NCBI GenBank assembly: GCA_032718475.1
Contig: JAUCBJ010000727.1
Location: 13,229 to 77,228 of the forward strand
Length of the DNA: 64,000 nucleotides
DNA from: Nemertoderma westbladi
Lineage: Eukaryota; Animalia; Xenacoelomorpha
Reading direction: 5' to 3'
Both the position numbers and the translations under genes were made by a program. Under the pieces are notes generated by a model that was not told the DNA's origin, did not search any database, and saw nothing but the letters and a program-made list of their open reading frames with translations. Numbering within the stretch: position 1 is the stretch's first letter; each line of letters begins with the position of its first letter. Positions 1-11,691 of the stretch are shown here, piece by piece.

Positions 1-1869
1 TGTCAACTTGCAGTAACGTGATACACGGTCGTCAATCAGGATGTATGGCAATAATCTCTGATCTCCACGGTACAATACGGTACATCAACCTGCAGACCTG
101 TCTGCTGTCAGACAACAGGTTTTACTGCATACTGCAGTACTGTAAAAATATCAAACATCGCGTTCTGATTATACTAAAGTCCCTTACTCGTCATAAATAT
201 TATGCCCTAATAAATTTGAGTATGCTAACGCCACGAAAGGCATCGTTCCATTAGATTAACTCGTTCTGATTTATATGTTTATTGAGTAAGAGTAACCTAA
301 ACAAGAACAGCCATCATCGCGGGGACTATAGTCTACCAGAAACCCTGACCCCCCTCTGCCCCTCTTTATCTGTTTATCAACCATACATTCATGGGACTTG
401 AACAGTACTTCAGCATTGAAATGTTTTGGACGTTTTGTTTTGAAAGTAAAAATATAGAAGTCTGGAAGTTTTGTTTGTTTTAATTTTTCAGGCAGTCACA
501 TTCCACCAACCAGCAACAGTCCCATCCCTTCCCACTATCCCGCGGACCACCACACTGTTTCATTATAAAGTATTCCCATCTCGATGATGGGAATTAATCA
601 GTAATCCGATGGGATTCAAATCCCATCTCGAAGTAACAGCAAAACACGAAAGTCAATAGCTTTACAGTTATATTTGATTGCATTGAAAGTTAATAGAAAA
701 AAAAAGTTAAATTGCATATCCATTAAAATATCATGAAATTGATATGGCAGTTTAGTAGATTAAAACGGCCACAGCAAGATTTATAAAATGAAAAAATCAG
801 CACAGCACACAATATTATCAATATAGACATTGAAGACAATTTAATAAACAAATACTATAAAAAAATATCTACTAACAATCAATACATGATATATATAATA
901 TATATACATCAGCGACTACCATCGCCACTCTGGTTCAATCAGTCAGTCCGGTATCATTGTTAGCGTTTTGTTGAATTACCCACTCATCCTCAGACCCTCA
1001 TGGACACCGACGACGAGCTCTAACCCTAACCGTTAGTCGATTCCTCCTTGACTGGAAACATCAGGTTCGGGCCGTTCGGCCCATACAAAGTCATTAGCCT
1101 CCATGCCTGAACCCGCAGGATCATAAGATCAACAGTATGTATCGGTATATCGTTCAGTCGTTTTTTCCTTTGTCAGTACTGTAGTATTGATAGGCTCCGT
1201 CTCGTAGGTATTCAGGGGACGCCCATTCGACGTATTCGCATCTCCTCCTGGTTGTTTCGGGTACCACCGCCCGCCATATGCGCATCTCTTCGTGGTTGTT
1301 CCGGGTACCACCCCCGTTCGCCGCATTCGCATCTCATCGAGGAAGTTCGGGTCCGGGTACCCCGTGTAGGCCTATTCATTCATCATTGTTGTTTTTAAAG
1401 ACCTACTTACACCTACCTACATTCACCCTACACGTGCACCTACATGTAGGCAACACATACCTACATGTAGCCTCTATGTAGGCTATACCTCTACGCAAAA
1501 GTTATACCCGTGAATTTCTGAATTTGTATTCCAGTATTTCAGTATTGACTGATTGAGGATTGCATATTATCTGATTATGGCAGTACAGCAGTATGGTGTA
1601 TGGCTGTATGTGGTCTGGTGGTATGGGTATAGGCCTATTTGGTTTATAATTTCAGTATTTTGGCTGTTTGGTTAGGCTGTTAGGGTTAGTTGGTCAGGCT
1701 GTCAGCAATCAGGGTTCAGGCAGACTATCATCATGACTGTCTGACTGTCAGACTGTACATCAGTACATCAATGTACAGTCAGACAGTGCAGCAGTGTGCA
1801 ACTGCCTGACTGCCAGACTGCGACTGTCAGACTGTAGTTTTGCACTGTCAGACTCTGAGACTGCGGACT

Positions 1870-2065
1870 GTGTACGGGGTTTCTGGAGCTTGAATGAGAG
1901 GCCGCGTAGACCAGTCGTACAAAGTTCAAACATGCTGCAGTCCGCGTTGTCGATACCCGTAAGGTAACGGTACACCTGCAGCCTGGATGAGGTCGGCACG
2001 ATAACGGCGATATCAGGATATTCAAGGGTCGGGAGACAGAGCCGTTTCAATCTAGATATCCGGTA
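1870..2065 (-). mobile_element. CR1-like LINE 3' fragment (degenerate ORF2 C-terminus)
   Basis: Minus frame reads RLKRLCLPTLEY...LQVYRYLTGIDNADCSMFELCTTGLRGLSFKLQKPR, resembling the CR1 C-terminal pattern RL..L.L.TLE.RR..GD.IQVYK.L.G....RGH..KL.K.R. Confidence 0.55.
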
Positions 2066-2592
2066 ATGCAGTGGTACGGTACCGGTACCGGCCAATGCAG
2101 TAATGACTGAATGAGGGGCGAACTAACCCCTGTACAGATTGACTGACAAACACAAAGACAACTAACTGTGAAGTGAACTGACAAACAGATGCTACAGGCC
2201 AAGACTACATCATCACTACATGGACTTTCCTCAATCGTCACTATCTCATGTACCGGTACGTTTATACATTGTAGATTGATGAATGTCAATAAGTTTTTTT
2301 TTAATTCGACTGACTGTTGTTAAGCAATGTACCGGTAATTTGGGATAATTCTTGTACATGTACTATACTGTGCTCTTTGCTGCATGAATTTCTTAATCGG
2401 TTATTTCATTATCGTATAATCTCATTTGCCATTACAATATTACTGCATTGCAATATAATTTAATACTCGGCTAATCAGCTAAATTAAATAGTCTAGTGCT
2501 TCTACTTATATCAGTATAAACATTTGTGTAAAACAATTAATTTTGCTGCTGCAAATTTATTGGTATATCAGGTATATTGTTAACCACTAATA

Positions 2593-4149
2593 ATGGCTAC
2601 AAATAACGATATATTATATAGAGCTCCAAGTGTCAAACCTCCAACATTGTCAGATCTTAAAGACGCAGCTGAAAGAACAGGACTAGTATTAGAGGAACAT
2701 GAGTTTGAGGAATATCAGAAAGTCATGCATTCTGCTCTAAAATCTTACGATGTAATCTATGATCTACCAGAACCTGTGCCACCCACTAAGTACCCACGAT
2801 TACCCGGGTATCAGCCACATCCTGAGGATAACGTTGGGAGAGCTTGGTACTGGCGATGTGACATTAAGGGAGCTAAGGATGGTCTCTTAGCTGGTAAGTG
2901 TCTAGCGATCAAAGATAATGTCCACGTAGCTGGAGTTCCAATGATAAATGGTTCGAAATTAATTGAAGGTTTTATTCCACCATTTGATGCAACAATAGTA
3001 ACAAGAATCTTGGACCAGGGAGGGCATATCATTGGAAAGGCATCCTGTGAGGATTTGTGTTTTTGTGGAAACAGTTTCACATGCAGCTCTGGACCAGTAC
3101 CAAATCCATTTTGCACTTCTAAAACTACAGGTGGCTCCAGTTCAGGCAGTGCTTATCTTGTAGCCAAGAAAGAAGTGGATATGGCAATAGGAGGTGACCA
3201 AGGGGGTTCTATTCGTCTTCCTTCCTGTTGGTCAGGGACTGTGGGTCTGAAACCCACTTTTGGCCTGGTGCCATACACAGGAATCATGCCCATAGAATTA
3301 ACAATTGATCACACTGGTCCCATCGCATCATGTGTTACAGACTGTGCTATTCTTCTTGAAGCTATTGCTGGATATGATGGTGGCTTGGATCCAAGGCAAC
3401 CATATAACATGCCAGTACCGAAATATTCTCTGTTGTTGACTGGCGATTTGGCTGGGAAGAAAATCGGTATCTTAGAAGAAGGATTTATTGATTGCGATCC
3501 TGAGGTGGAACTCTTGGTAAAAGGAGCGGCTAGAAAGTTAAGCGAAAGGGGAGCAACAGTTGACATGGTATCAATTCCAGAACATATGAAGGGTAAGGCG
3601 ATATGGGATGCAATTGCTTTAGAAGGAACTTACAATCAAATGATTAAAGGAGCAGGCGATGGTATGAATTGGTCTGGTCAATATTCCACAGCTCTGAGAG
3701 ATAAAGTGGCTAGAGGTTTGAAGACAAATATTAATGATATTTCTATCACACTAAAGTACACAATATTACTTTGTGAGTATCTTGCTGTGAATTACAACGG
3801 TCGCTTTTACTCTAAAGGTCAGAATTTAGTCCGTTGGTTGAGAGCTGCTTATGATAAAGCTCTGGAGAAATATGACGTCCTGATTATGCCAACTATTAAA
3901 TTTCCTGCTGTTAATATACCCAAGGAAAATGACAATATTGAGGAAATTCTAGACAAGGGATTTTGTATGTTGGCTAATACGGTTCAATTCAACATAACCC
4001 ACCACCCGGCTCTCAGTATCAATGTAGGAGTCTCACAGAATCTACCTGTGGGAATGCAAATCGTCGGCAGATGTTACGATGACGTCACTGTATTAAACGC
4101 AGCTTACGCATGGGAACTCGTATCTGATGGCCAATTCAATCCGAAATAG
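2593..4149 (+). CDS. Amidase-signature family amidase (Rhodococcus AmdA-like, CX3C type), copy 1; single coding exon
   Basis: 518-aa ORF with LAIKD (Lys107), GGSSSGS (Ser182), GGDQGGSIR (Ser206), CEDLC, GLKPTFGLVPYTG, DHTGP and GMQIVG motifs. Triad spacing of 75/24 residues matches Rhodococcus K96/S171/S195. Confidence 0.95.
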   Translation: MATNNDILYRAPSVKPPTLSDLKDAAERTGLVLEEHEFEEYQKVMHSALKSYDVIYDLPEPVPPTKYPRLPGYQPHPEDNVGRAWYWRCDIKGAKDGLLAGKCLAIKDNVHVAGVPMINGSKLIEGFIPPFDATIVTRILDQGGHIIGKASCEDLCFCGNSFTCSSGPVPNPFCTSKTTGGSSSGSAYLVAKKEVDMAIGGDQGGSIRLPSCWSGTVGLKPTFGLVPYTGIMPIELTIDHTGPIASCVTDCAILLEAIAGYDGGLDPRQPYNMPVPKYSLLLTGDLAGKKIGILEEGFIDCDPEVELLVKGAARKLSERGATVDMVSIPEHMKGKAIWDAIALEGTYNQMIKGAGDGMNWSGQYSTALRDKVARGLKTNINDISITLKYTILLCEYLAVNYNGRFYSKGQNLVRWLRAAYDKALEKYDVLIMPTIKFPAVNIPKENDNIEEILDKGFCMLANTVQFNITHHPALSINVGVSQNLPVGMQIVGRCYDDVTVLNAAYAWELVSDGQFNPK

Positions 4150-6612
4150 GATCAATCAGTACCACATTGACTGTGAATGTGCCCAGGTACACCATTTTAC
4201 TGCTGCGCCTTTATACCAATGTATGCTCTGTAGCTCTGTAATTGTTATTTATTTCTTATGTTGTAATAATAATTATTAATTATATTACCAAGTTTGTATA
4301 TGTATACTAGGATGAAATTGCATCAAATTTAAATCAGTGGAAGTTATTCATTAGGGATGTATTTCTTAGTGGGTGAGTCTGGATTTATATTTTTGCTTTC
4401 ACACCAGTTGTGTTACAATCAAGTGTTTGATAAAAGTGTATCCTCCATCAATCAGCACTATTGCACCACCTATTGGTGCGATTGGAAGTGGCCAGTTAGT
4501 GTCTTTTATTAGACATTTCAGATCAATGTCTGTCCACCATTTTTCCTCTCAGCAAGCGGCTTCCATGGAACAAGAACATGATCAAATGCTGATCAGTTCT
4601 ACGGCCGGCAAGACTCAAATGGAACAGTCCTGCCTGCAGCATAATACTGGGTATTGGCAATAAGGTGATTCTCGTTTATAAAGTGAGCATTGATATATCC
4701 AATGCCATGAACCCTGCATGCGTAGCATCACAGGGTTATCTGTTGTTTGTACCATCGATGTATATGGTGCCTTCTGCAGTATGTAAAGGGAACATTATAC
4801 ATGAAATGAAAACTACAATATAGATTGTATGCGATTGAATCAGAATGTCACCTTTCCTTTACAACCACTCTTTAAAAACAAATAATATATTTGCTGCGAC
4901 TGATGCAATATTGGTGGGGAAACTTGTCAAATTGTTGAAAACCAATTTGAAAGGGAAAATTAAATTATATCGTAGATTGGACAGGACATGGTGCCTTACA
5001 GGTACTATTTATTTATGGTATATTATATATTTCAAATAATTAATTAGTATGTTTATTATTATAATGCCAGACAGGTAATACACCACCTGCATTGAAATTT
5101 TACATATTTGTTTAATGTGATAAATTAGTATTATGAATTAAACAACCACTATAATACCATTGAAGAGACCACTCTACCGTAAAATTAACTAGGCCAATAT
5201 ATAATTATTATAATACTGTAACTTTAAAAATATTTCATTATTTGAGCAAGAGTACGGTGTTCCCACCTGAATGTGGTTGGAATAATATTAAATTAACTTA
5301 TGTAATATTTATATAATTTAATTGTTTATAAATTCAATTCATTCATAGTTATGGTCAGACAATTTAGGTTGTACCGGTAATAATTGTGCGTCTATTATGG
5401 GTATCCTGTTAATTGTTGCTGTTATGTACCCACTAGTTTGTTTTAAGGATGTTGTGCTTTTTCTGTCTTTAATTTGTGATTATGTACTAAAATCTGAACA
5501 TTAAATTTATACCAATAATGTTTGAACAATATTAAAAAAGCTTTTCATAATAAATCAAAGTTTCAACAAGCAATTCCTAATTTCTGTAACAGACCAGTAG
5601 ATAGTGATCAGGTTATTCCCAGAGCAGTGCAGTAGTGGTGAGGATACGGAAGCGAATACTCCATAAAATTATTTCAAACACATCTGCGATAACGATATGC
5701 ATTTTAGGCGTTTTTGACACAAAGAGGGATTACATTCATGTTGGTGCATTGCACATAAAGCCTTATCTATATTGTTTACTATACATGTAATAATTATGTA
5801 GAATCATGAAGTGAGAATATGTCGAGGGGGTTGTGAAAATCATTGGGAAATTACTGCAGTGAGTGTTTTATGTTATCAGCAATTATTATGGATTAAAATC
5901 AAAGTTTGCAAGGAGTTTGTTTGACCTTTAGATGACAATTTCCAGATATGGTGAAGGCTTGATATCTTACATACTGTTAGTAGGCTTCTAATAATATTAG
6001 TAATAGTAATAATAATCCTAGTATCCCTACCGGTACTAATTATTTCATTCGTTTACAATTTAATGTTTCAAAATAGTTATGTTTACAAAAGTTAGATTGA
6101 ATTGTTCAACATTATGATGTGCGATGATAATAGTAAAGATACACCCCAGGTGGAGTAAATTAAGTGTAATAGGTAAGAATAGATAAGTATGGAAGTTAGA
6201 TTGTTCATCCGTAAAATATCTGTTACATTTTGTAGTCTAGCAGGTTTGTGTTTTATAGCTGAAGTAAACAATAAGGATTCGTAATAATTTGTCAATTACT
6301 AAATTTCACTGTTGTATAGTATATTTCGTGTTTTTTCTATTGGCACAAATTCCATCTCAGAGGAAAATATTAATTATCAATTAATGGAAAGGAAAGGTCA
6401 CAGCTTGACAGCGGCATTACATTCAAACCAAATCAATAAACGAATATCTATAGTTTGTCTACAGTTTTTGCCAACAATCCCCCACCACCTATCTGATATA
6501 AGCTGTATGTCAAAATTTAAAATGTTCATCTTACAAAGTGTCATAAAAAAACTGTAGATAGAATTGAGTTAGCAGATAACCGTATAGGTCTATATTATTG
6601 TCATAATACAAA

Positions 6613-8166
6613 ATGGATAGTGATAAATTATTATACAGAGCTCCGAGTGTCAAACCTCCAACATTGTCGGATCTTCAAGAAGCAGCTGAAAGAACAGGAC
6701 TAGTATTAGAGGAACATGAGTTTGAGGAATATCAGAAAGTCATGCATTCTGCTCTCAAATCTTACGATGTAATCTATGATCTACCAGAACCTGTGCCACC
6801 CACTAAGTACCCACGATTACCTGGTTATCAGCCACCTCCTGAGGATAACGTTGGGAGAGCTTGGTATTGGCGATGTGACATTAAGGGAGCTAAGGATGGT
6901 CTTTTAGCTGGTAAGTGTCTAGCGATCAAAGACACTGTCCAGGTAGCTGGAGTTCCAATGTTATGTGGATCTAAACTTGTTGAAGGTTTTATTCCACCAT
7001 TTGATGCAACAATTGTAACAAGAATCTTGGACCAGGGAGGGCATATCATTGGAAAGGCATCATGTGAAGATCTATGTTTGTGTGGAAACAGTTTCACATC
7101 CAGCTCTGGACCAGTGCCAAATCCATTTTGCTCCACTAAAAGCGCTGGTGGCTCCAGTTCAGGCAGTGCTTATCTAGTGGCTAAGAAAGAAGTGGATATG
7201 GCAATAGGAGGTGACCAAGGGGGTTCTATACGTTTTCCGTCCTGCTGGTGTGGAGTTGTGGGTCTGAAACCCACTTATGGCCTGGTGCCATACACAGGAA
7301 TCATACCAGGAGATTTAACTATTGATCACGCAGGACCTATCACTTCATGTGTTACAGACTGTGCTATTCTTCTTGAAGCTATTGCTGGATATGATGGTGG
7401 CTTGGATCCAAGGCAACCATATAACATGCCGGTACCGAAATATTCTCAGTTGTTGACTGGCGATTTGGCTGGGAAGAAAATCGGTATCTTAGAAGAAGGA
7501 TTTATTGATTGCGATCCTGAGGTGGAACTCTTGGTAAAAGGAGCGGCTAGAAAGTTAAGCGAAAGGGGAGCAACAGTTGACATGGTATCAGTTCCAGAAC
7601 ATATTAAGGGTAAGGCGATATGGTATCCAATTACTTTAGAAGGATCTTACAATCATATGGTTAAAGGAGCAGGCGATGGTATGAATTGGTCTGGTCAATA
7701 TTCCACAGCTCTGAGAGATAAAGTGGCTAGAGGTTTGAAGACAAATATTAATGATATTTCTATCACACTAAAGTATGCAACATTGCTTTGTGAGTATCTT
7801 GCTGTGAATTACAACGGTCGCTTTTATTCTAAAGCACAAAATTTAGTCCGTTGGTTGAGAGCTGCTTACGATAAAGCTCTGGAGAAATATGATGTTCTGA
7901 TTATGCCAACAATTAAATTCCCTGCTGTTGATCTACCCAAGGGAGATGATAATATTGGGGAAATCTTATACAAGGGAATGTGTATGTTGGAGAATACGGT
8001 TCAATTCAACATAACCCACCACCCGGCTCTCAGTATCAATGTAGGAGTCTCACAGAATCTACCTGTGGGAATGCAAATCGTCGGCAGATGTTACGATGAC
8101 GTCACTGTATTAAACGCAGCTTACGCATGGGAACTCGTATCTGATGGTCAATTTAATCCAAAATAA
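6613..8166 (+). CDS. Amidase-signature family amidase, copy 2; single coding exon
   Basis: 517-aa ORF, close paralog of copy 1, intact triad motifs and CEDLC. Confidence 0.95.
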   Translation: MDSDKLLYRAPSVKPPTLSDLQEAAERTGLVLEEHEFEEYQKVMHSALKSYDVIYDLPEPVPPTKYPRLPGYQPPPEDNVGRAWYWRCDIKGAKDGLLAGKCLAIKDTVQVAGVPMLCGSKLVEGFIPPFDATIVTRILDQGGHIIGKASCEDLCLCGNSFTSSSGPVPNPFCSTKSAGGSSSGSAYLVAKKEVDMAIGGDQGGSIRFPSCWCGVVGLKPTYGLVPYTGIIPGDLTIDHAGPITSCVTDCAILLEAIAGYDGGLDPRQPYNMPVPKYSQLLTGDLAGKKIGILEEGFIDCDPEVELLVKGAARKLSERGATVDMVSVPEHIKGKAIWYPITLEGSYNHMVKGAGDGMNWSGQYSTALRDKVARGLKTNINDISITLKYATLLCEYLAVNYNGRFYSKAQNLVRWLRAAYDKALEKYDVLIMPTIKFPAVDLPKGDDNIGEILYKGMCMLENTVQFNITHHPALSINVGVSQNLPVGMQIVGRCYDDVTVLNAAYAWELVSDGQFNPK

Positions 8167-9023
8167 TAAATTCGCTTTTGGTACTAAACTGACTTAGAAT
8201 ATAGCCTTTGTTTTCCGAGATTAGGCACTAGATAGGATCATGTTGAATGGTTTATATATAATATATTTTAAAGAAACGCGTTGCTTATTAGTTGAATAGT
8301 ATTTGAGTTGGCAGCAATAAATAAATAAATAACTCTCCAGTAATTAAATAAAATTTATAGCCAATTGTTAGTTAATTTTAATCAATTTATCCATAAAATA
8401 TTTACATTTTAGGGGGGGGGGGGGGGGGGGGGGGGGTTATAATGCACGATTAAATGTATGGTGTTTCCAAATCTGGAAACCGCTATTTAATAGCTCTTAG
8501 TTTTCAAGTTATGTAAATTTCCATTTAGGGAATCCTATTTTCTGAGGGTGTCTACATAGCCACCCTAATACCGGTAGTCCTGGCTACTGCAGTAGCAGTA
8601 GGCCTTTAGACCTACACTGCTCAATGCTCATTGTTTGGAAAGCCAATAGTTTAAAAGCTGCCGAGTTGTACTACATTACCCTTGTATTGTATGTGCGGCA
8701 CGCCTCTAGACCGTCGTCCGTCATACCGGCGTTTATCTACAACCCGGCCCATAGGCGTACGGGAGCTATTTTGACTGGGGGGGGCAAAGTGAAAATATTC
8801 GCCCCCCCCCCCCCCCCCCCCCCTCCTTTCTCAAATTCGAACCCCCACAAAAATTTTCCCGGGCAACCCCCTTAAAAAATAATATGGGTGTCCGAAAACT
8901 AAGAAATTAATTAATGAATAAATTGAATCAAAATTATTAATAAAGTAAACATTAATTATAATAATACAAAATTAATAATGAATATAATACAGTAATAAGT
9001 CTAAATATTATTAATCCTACTAA

Positions 9024-9289
9024 TTAATAGAAGTAAGAGTCTCGTCCCTTTCTCCTACCAAAAATGTTTATTATTCGCTCCATGGAGTTTCGAATGACCG
9101 AATTGGCATATTCTCGCTCTATATTTATAAGAGCTAAGTGTGTGAGTCTTGTCTGTCCCATTGTGGACCGGATATAAGTTTTGAGTCTCCGAAGAAGACT
9201 GAACGTCCTGTCCTCTCTGGAGTGCATGATGCGGCTGGAATGACAGCTAAGATAAGTACGAGTACGACCTTGCTGAACTCAGGCAACAT
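9024..9289 (-). pseudogene. hAT transposase C-terminal dimerisation-domain remnant
   Basis: MLPEFSKVVLVLILAVIPAASCTPERT, then a frameshift from a duplicated AGGAC, then FSLLRRLKTYIRSTMGQTRLTHLALINIERE; matches the hAT motif P.TS.S.ERSFS.LRR.KT.LRSTM...RL..LA. Confidence 0.85.
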
Positions 9290-9400
9290 GGACTGTAATA
9301 TGAACATGGGCATACTGTAATAGATACTATACTATAGTGTAAAGATGATAGAAAAAATAAAGTATTGAGGGTCTTTAGCTGGTTATATTATATTAGATAA

Positions 9401-9958
9401 AGATACAATAGCGCAATTACTGATGAAATTGTTGAAAAAATCGAAGATATTATCGATGAAGCTGTTGAAGATAGGAAATCACATAGCTCTTCTTCGTCAT
9501 CATCTACGACAAGCAAAAGTGAAACCGAACACATTTCTGCTGTGATTGAGAGTGGTGAAGCCGGAGATGATATTGCTGCGATACATGCTACCGGTAGGTA
9601 TTCCGATAGTTGTCGCAGATGTTTAAATTTTTATGTTGTTGTTGTGGATGTGGATGTGGGTGGTAGTGGTTGTTGATGTGGATAGGTTTTTGTATTTATT
9701 ATTCTTTTATTTTGAGTGTTCATAATGAATGTTGTGGATTATCATAGTGATTAACTTTACATTTTTGTTCTAGAATGTTCTTATTCTTACCAGAGTATGT
9801 TTTTAACCAGTCATATAAGAGACAAGATGTGCCATAGGAAGACGTGCCATAACTTATATGGTTGTATTTTTGTTCTAGAATGTTCCTACCAGATTGCTGT
9901 TACTACCAGTGACGTAAGAGGGGCCGGAACTGATGCTAATGTATTCATTATTCTATAC
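9401..9958 (+). pseudogene. Captured exon-intron-exon fragment of a PLAT/LH2-domain (LOXHD1-like) gene inside the hAT element
   Basis: Open frame 9401-9593 (acidic/Ser-rich), donor G|GTAGGT at 9594, acceptor TTTTTGTTCTAG ending 9878, then in phase (E)CSYQIAVTTSDVRGAGTDANVFIILY, the PLAT N-terminal motif. Confidence 0.7.
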
Positions 9959-11117
9959 ATACAAACAACTGTTTATAGCGCGACATGTGTCCACTTTACT
10001 ACTGGAAATTGCGCCCATTTATTCTTGCAATTTGCGCCCCCTTTATTCTCGCAATTTGCGCCCCTTTGAGATGTTCAGGGGGGCAATTGCCCCCCTGCCC
10101 CCCCCGCCCCGTACGCCTATGACCCGGCCCTACGGTCCCAATGCTAGTCAATGGGGTATTCCGAACCTGGTTTTTGTGGTTAACTTCGTTTTATTGTTTT
10201 GGTTACACCAACGAGTCTTTGCAACCTGCTCCTTTCCCATGGGACTGGGATATAACACCCCAAAGGAACTTACTATTCACTAAGGTGCGCCGTGCCCGTG
10301 GCATAAAGCGAAACGTATGTGATTTTTTGGTTGGTATATCTTATCCTTGTTTCATTGGCTGGTTCGTATATGTCTTAATTGTACAATCAAAGCTTGGCGT
10401 TGGACCGGCTTTTATGGAGCAGCTTATAGGGTTTTTTATTTTACTTCCCTCTGTGGGATTATTCCTCATAGAGAAGCATTGGGACAACTGGGGCCCGCGG
10501 AACCGGACCAGGTTTTAGGGAGATCCGTATTAAATATACCCTGTTTGGCTGGGCTGGGTGCTTAAAATCGTCCCATCCCTAGCCTATGGGAAGGACTACA
10601 GGGGCCAGGGTGGTGGATATGGTTATTTGTACATAATTGTGTATGTTACGAATTTTGCAGCAAGCAGACAGTTGAAATCTTACAAATAGGAATTCTGATA
10701 GTTCAGTTTGCATTACTGAGATTAATTACGCGACCTTTAGATATTGTGCGACCTGGTTTCGCCTTTGGTCTATGCATGGCAAGATGAGTGTATATAGTAC
10801 AGTATGTACGTACTATGTACATAGCAATGACAAAGTTACATGCTTAGCTTAAAAGGCCATGCAGTACCTATATTTTATTACTTTGCAACTGTCCACAATA
10901 ATTTATTTATATATAAAAGCGTCATTATCATATTTAACTAACAATCGGTTTATTAACCTGTATTCAATTTCATTAAGAATTATACGCCATTAGATTCTAT
11001 AGTTCATCTACTTAATCTACAGTATATAGTGCTTCTATTATAATTTCAGGAAATATATGTTTCGCAAAATTATTATAATTTCTTAATTTTCAAACGAGCT
11101 TCTATTTCAATAAGGTA

Positions 11118-11485
11118 TAATTAAATACGGAATAATTAAATAAGGAATAATTAAGTAAGGAATAATTAAATAAGGAATAATTTATTCAAGAATAATTAAA
11201 TAAGGAATAATTAAATAAGGAATAATTTATTAAAGAATAATTAAATAAGGAATAATTAAATAAGGAATAATTAAATAAGGAATAATTTATTAAAGAATAA
11301 TTAAATAAGGAATAATTAAATAAGGAATAATTTATTAAAGAATAATTAAATAAGGAATAATTAAATAAGGAATAATTAAATAAGGAATAATCAAATAACG
11401 AATAATTAAATAACGAATAATTAAATGAGGAATAATTAAATGAGGAATAATTTAATGTTAATGTTCCTAAGGAATAATTTAATAA
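11118..11485. repeat. AT-rich minisatellite, 15-bp unit AATAATTAAATAAGG
   Basis: About 24 tandem copies with variants such as AATAATTTATTAAAG, about 200 bp upstream of amidase 3. Confidence 0.9.
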
Positions 11486-11691
11486 ATAAATAATATATTA
11501 CTGCACATGAAATTATTGTGTGCTATATTATAATACTGTAGCTTAGATATGCTACATTATATATATACTATAGCATGTAATATATATATATATATATTAT
11601 AGGCTATATTATATATAGCTTAGTATATGTAGTTTCCATTCCATGCCTGTTATTGTGGGATTAACTATATGTTTGTTAAAACTAGAAAATA

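Larger units (their letters stand above)
8750..10121 (-). mobile_element. Internally deleted hAT DNA transposon carrying a captured host gene fragment
   Basis: TIRs CATAGGCGTACGGG / CCCGTACGCCTATG; perfect 8-bp TSD ACCCGGCC at 8742-8749 and 10122-10129; transposase C-terminal remnant inside. Confidence 0.9.

Noticed and set aside
900-1370. GC-richer segment with short internal duplications, tested as the missing FREM2 exon
   Set aside because: The minus frames I translated show no Calx-beta similarity; probably a repeat remnant.
4373-4790. Coding-looking stretch with an acceptor-like site after amidase 1
   Set aside because: All minus frames contain stops and none resembles FREM2 or a family I recognise.
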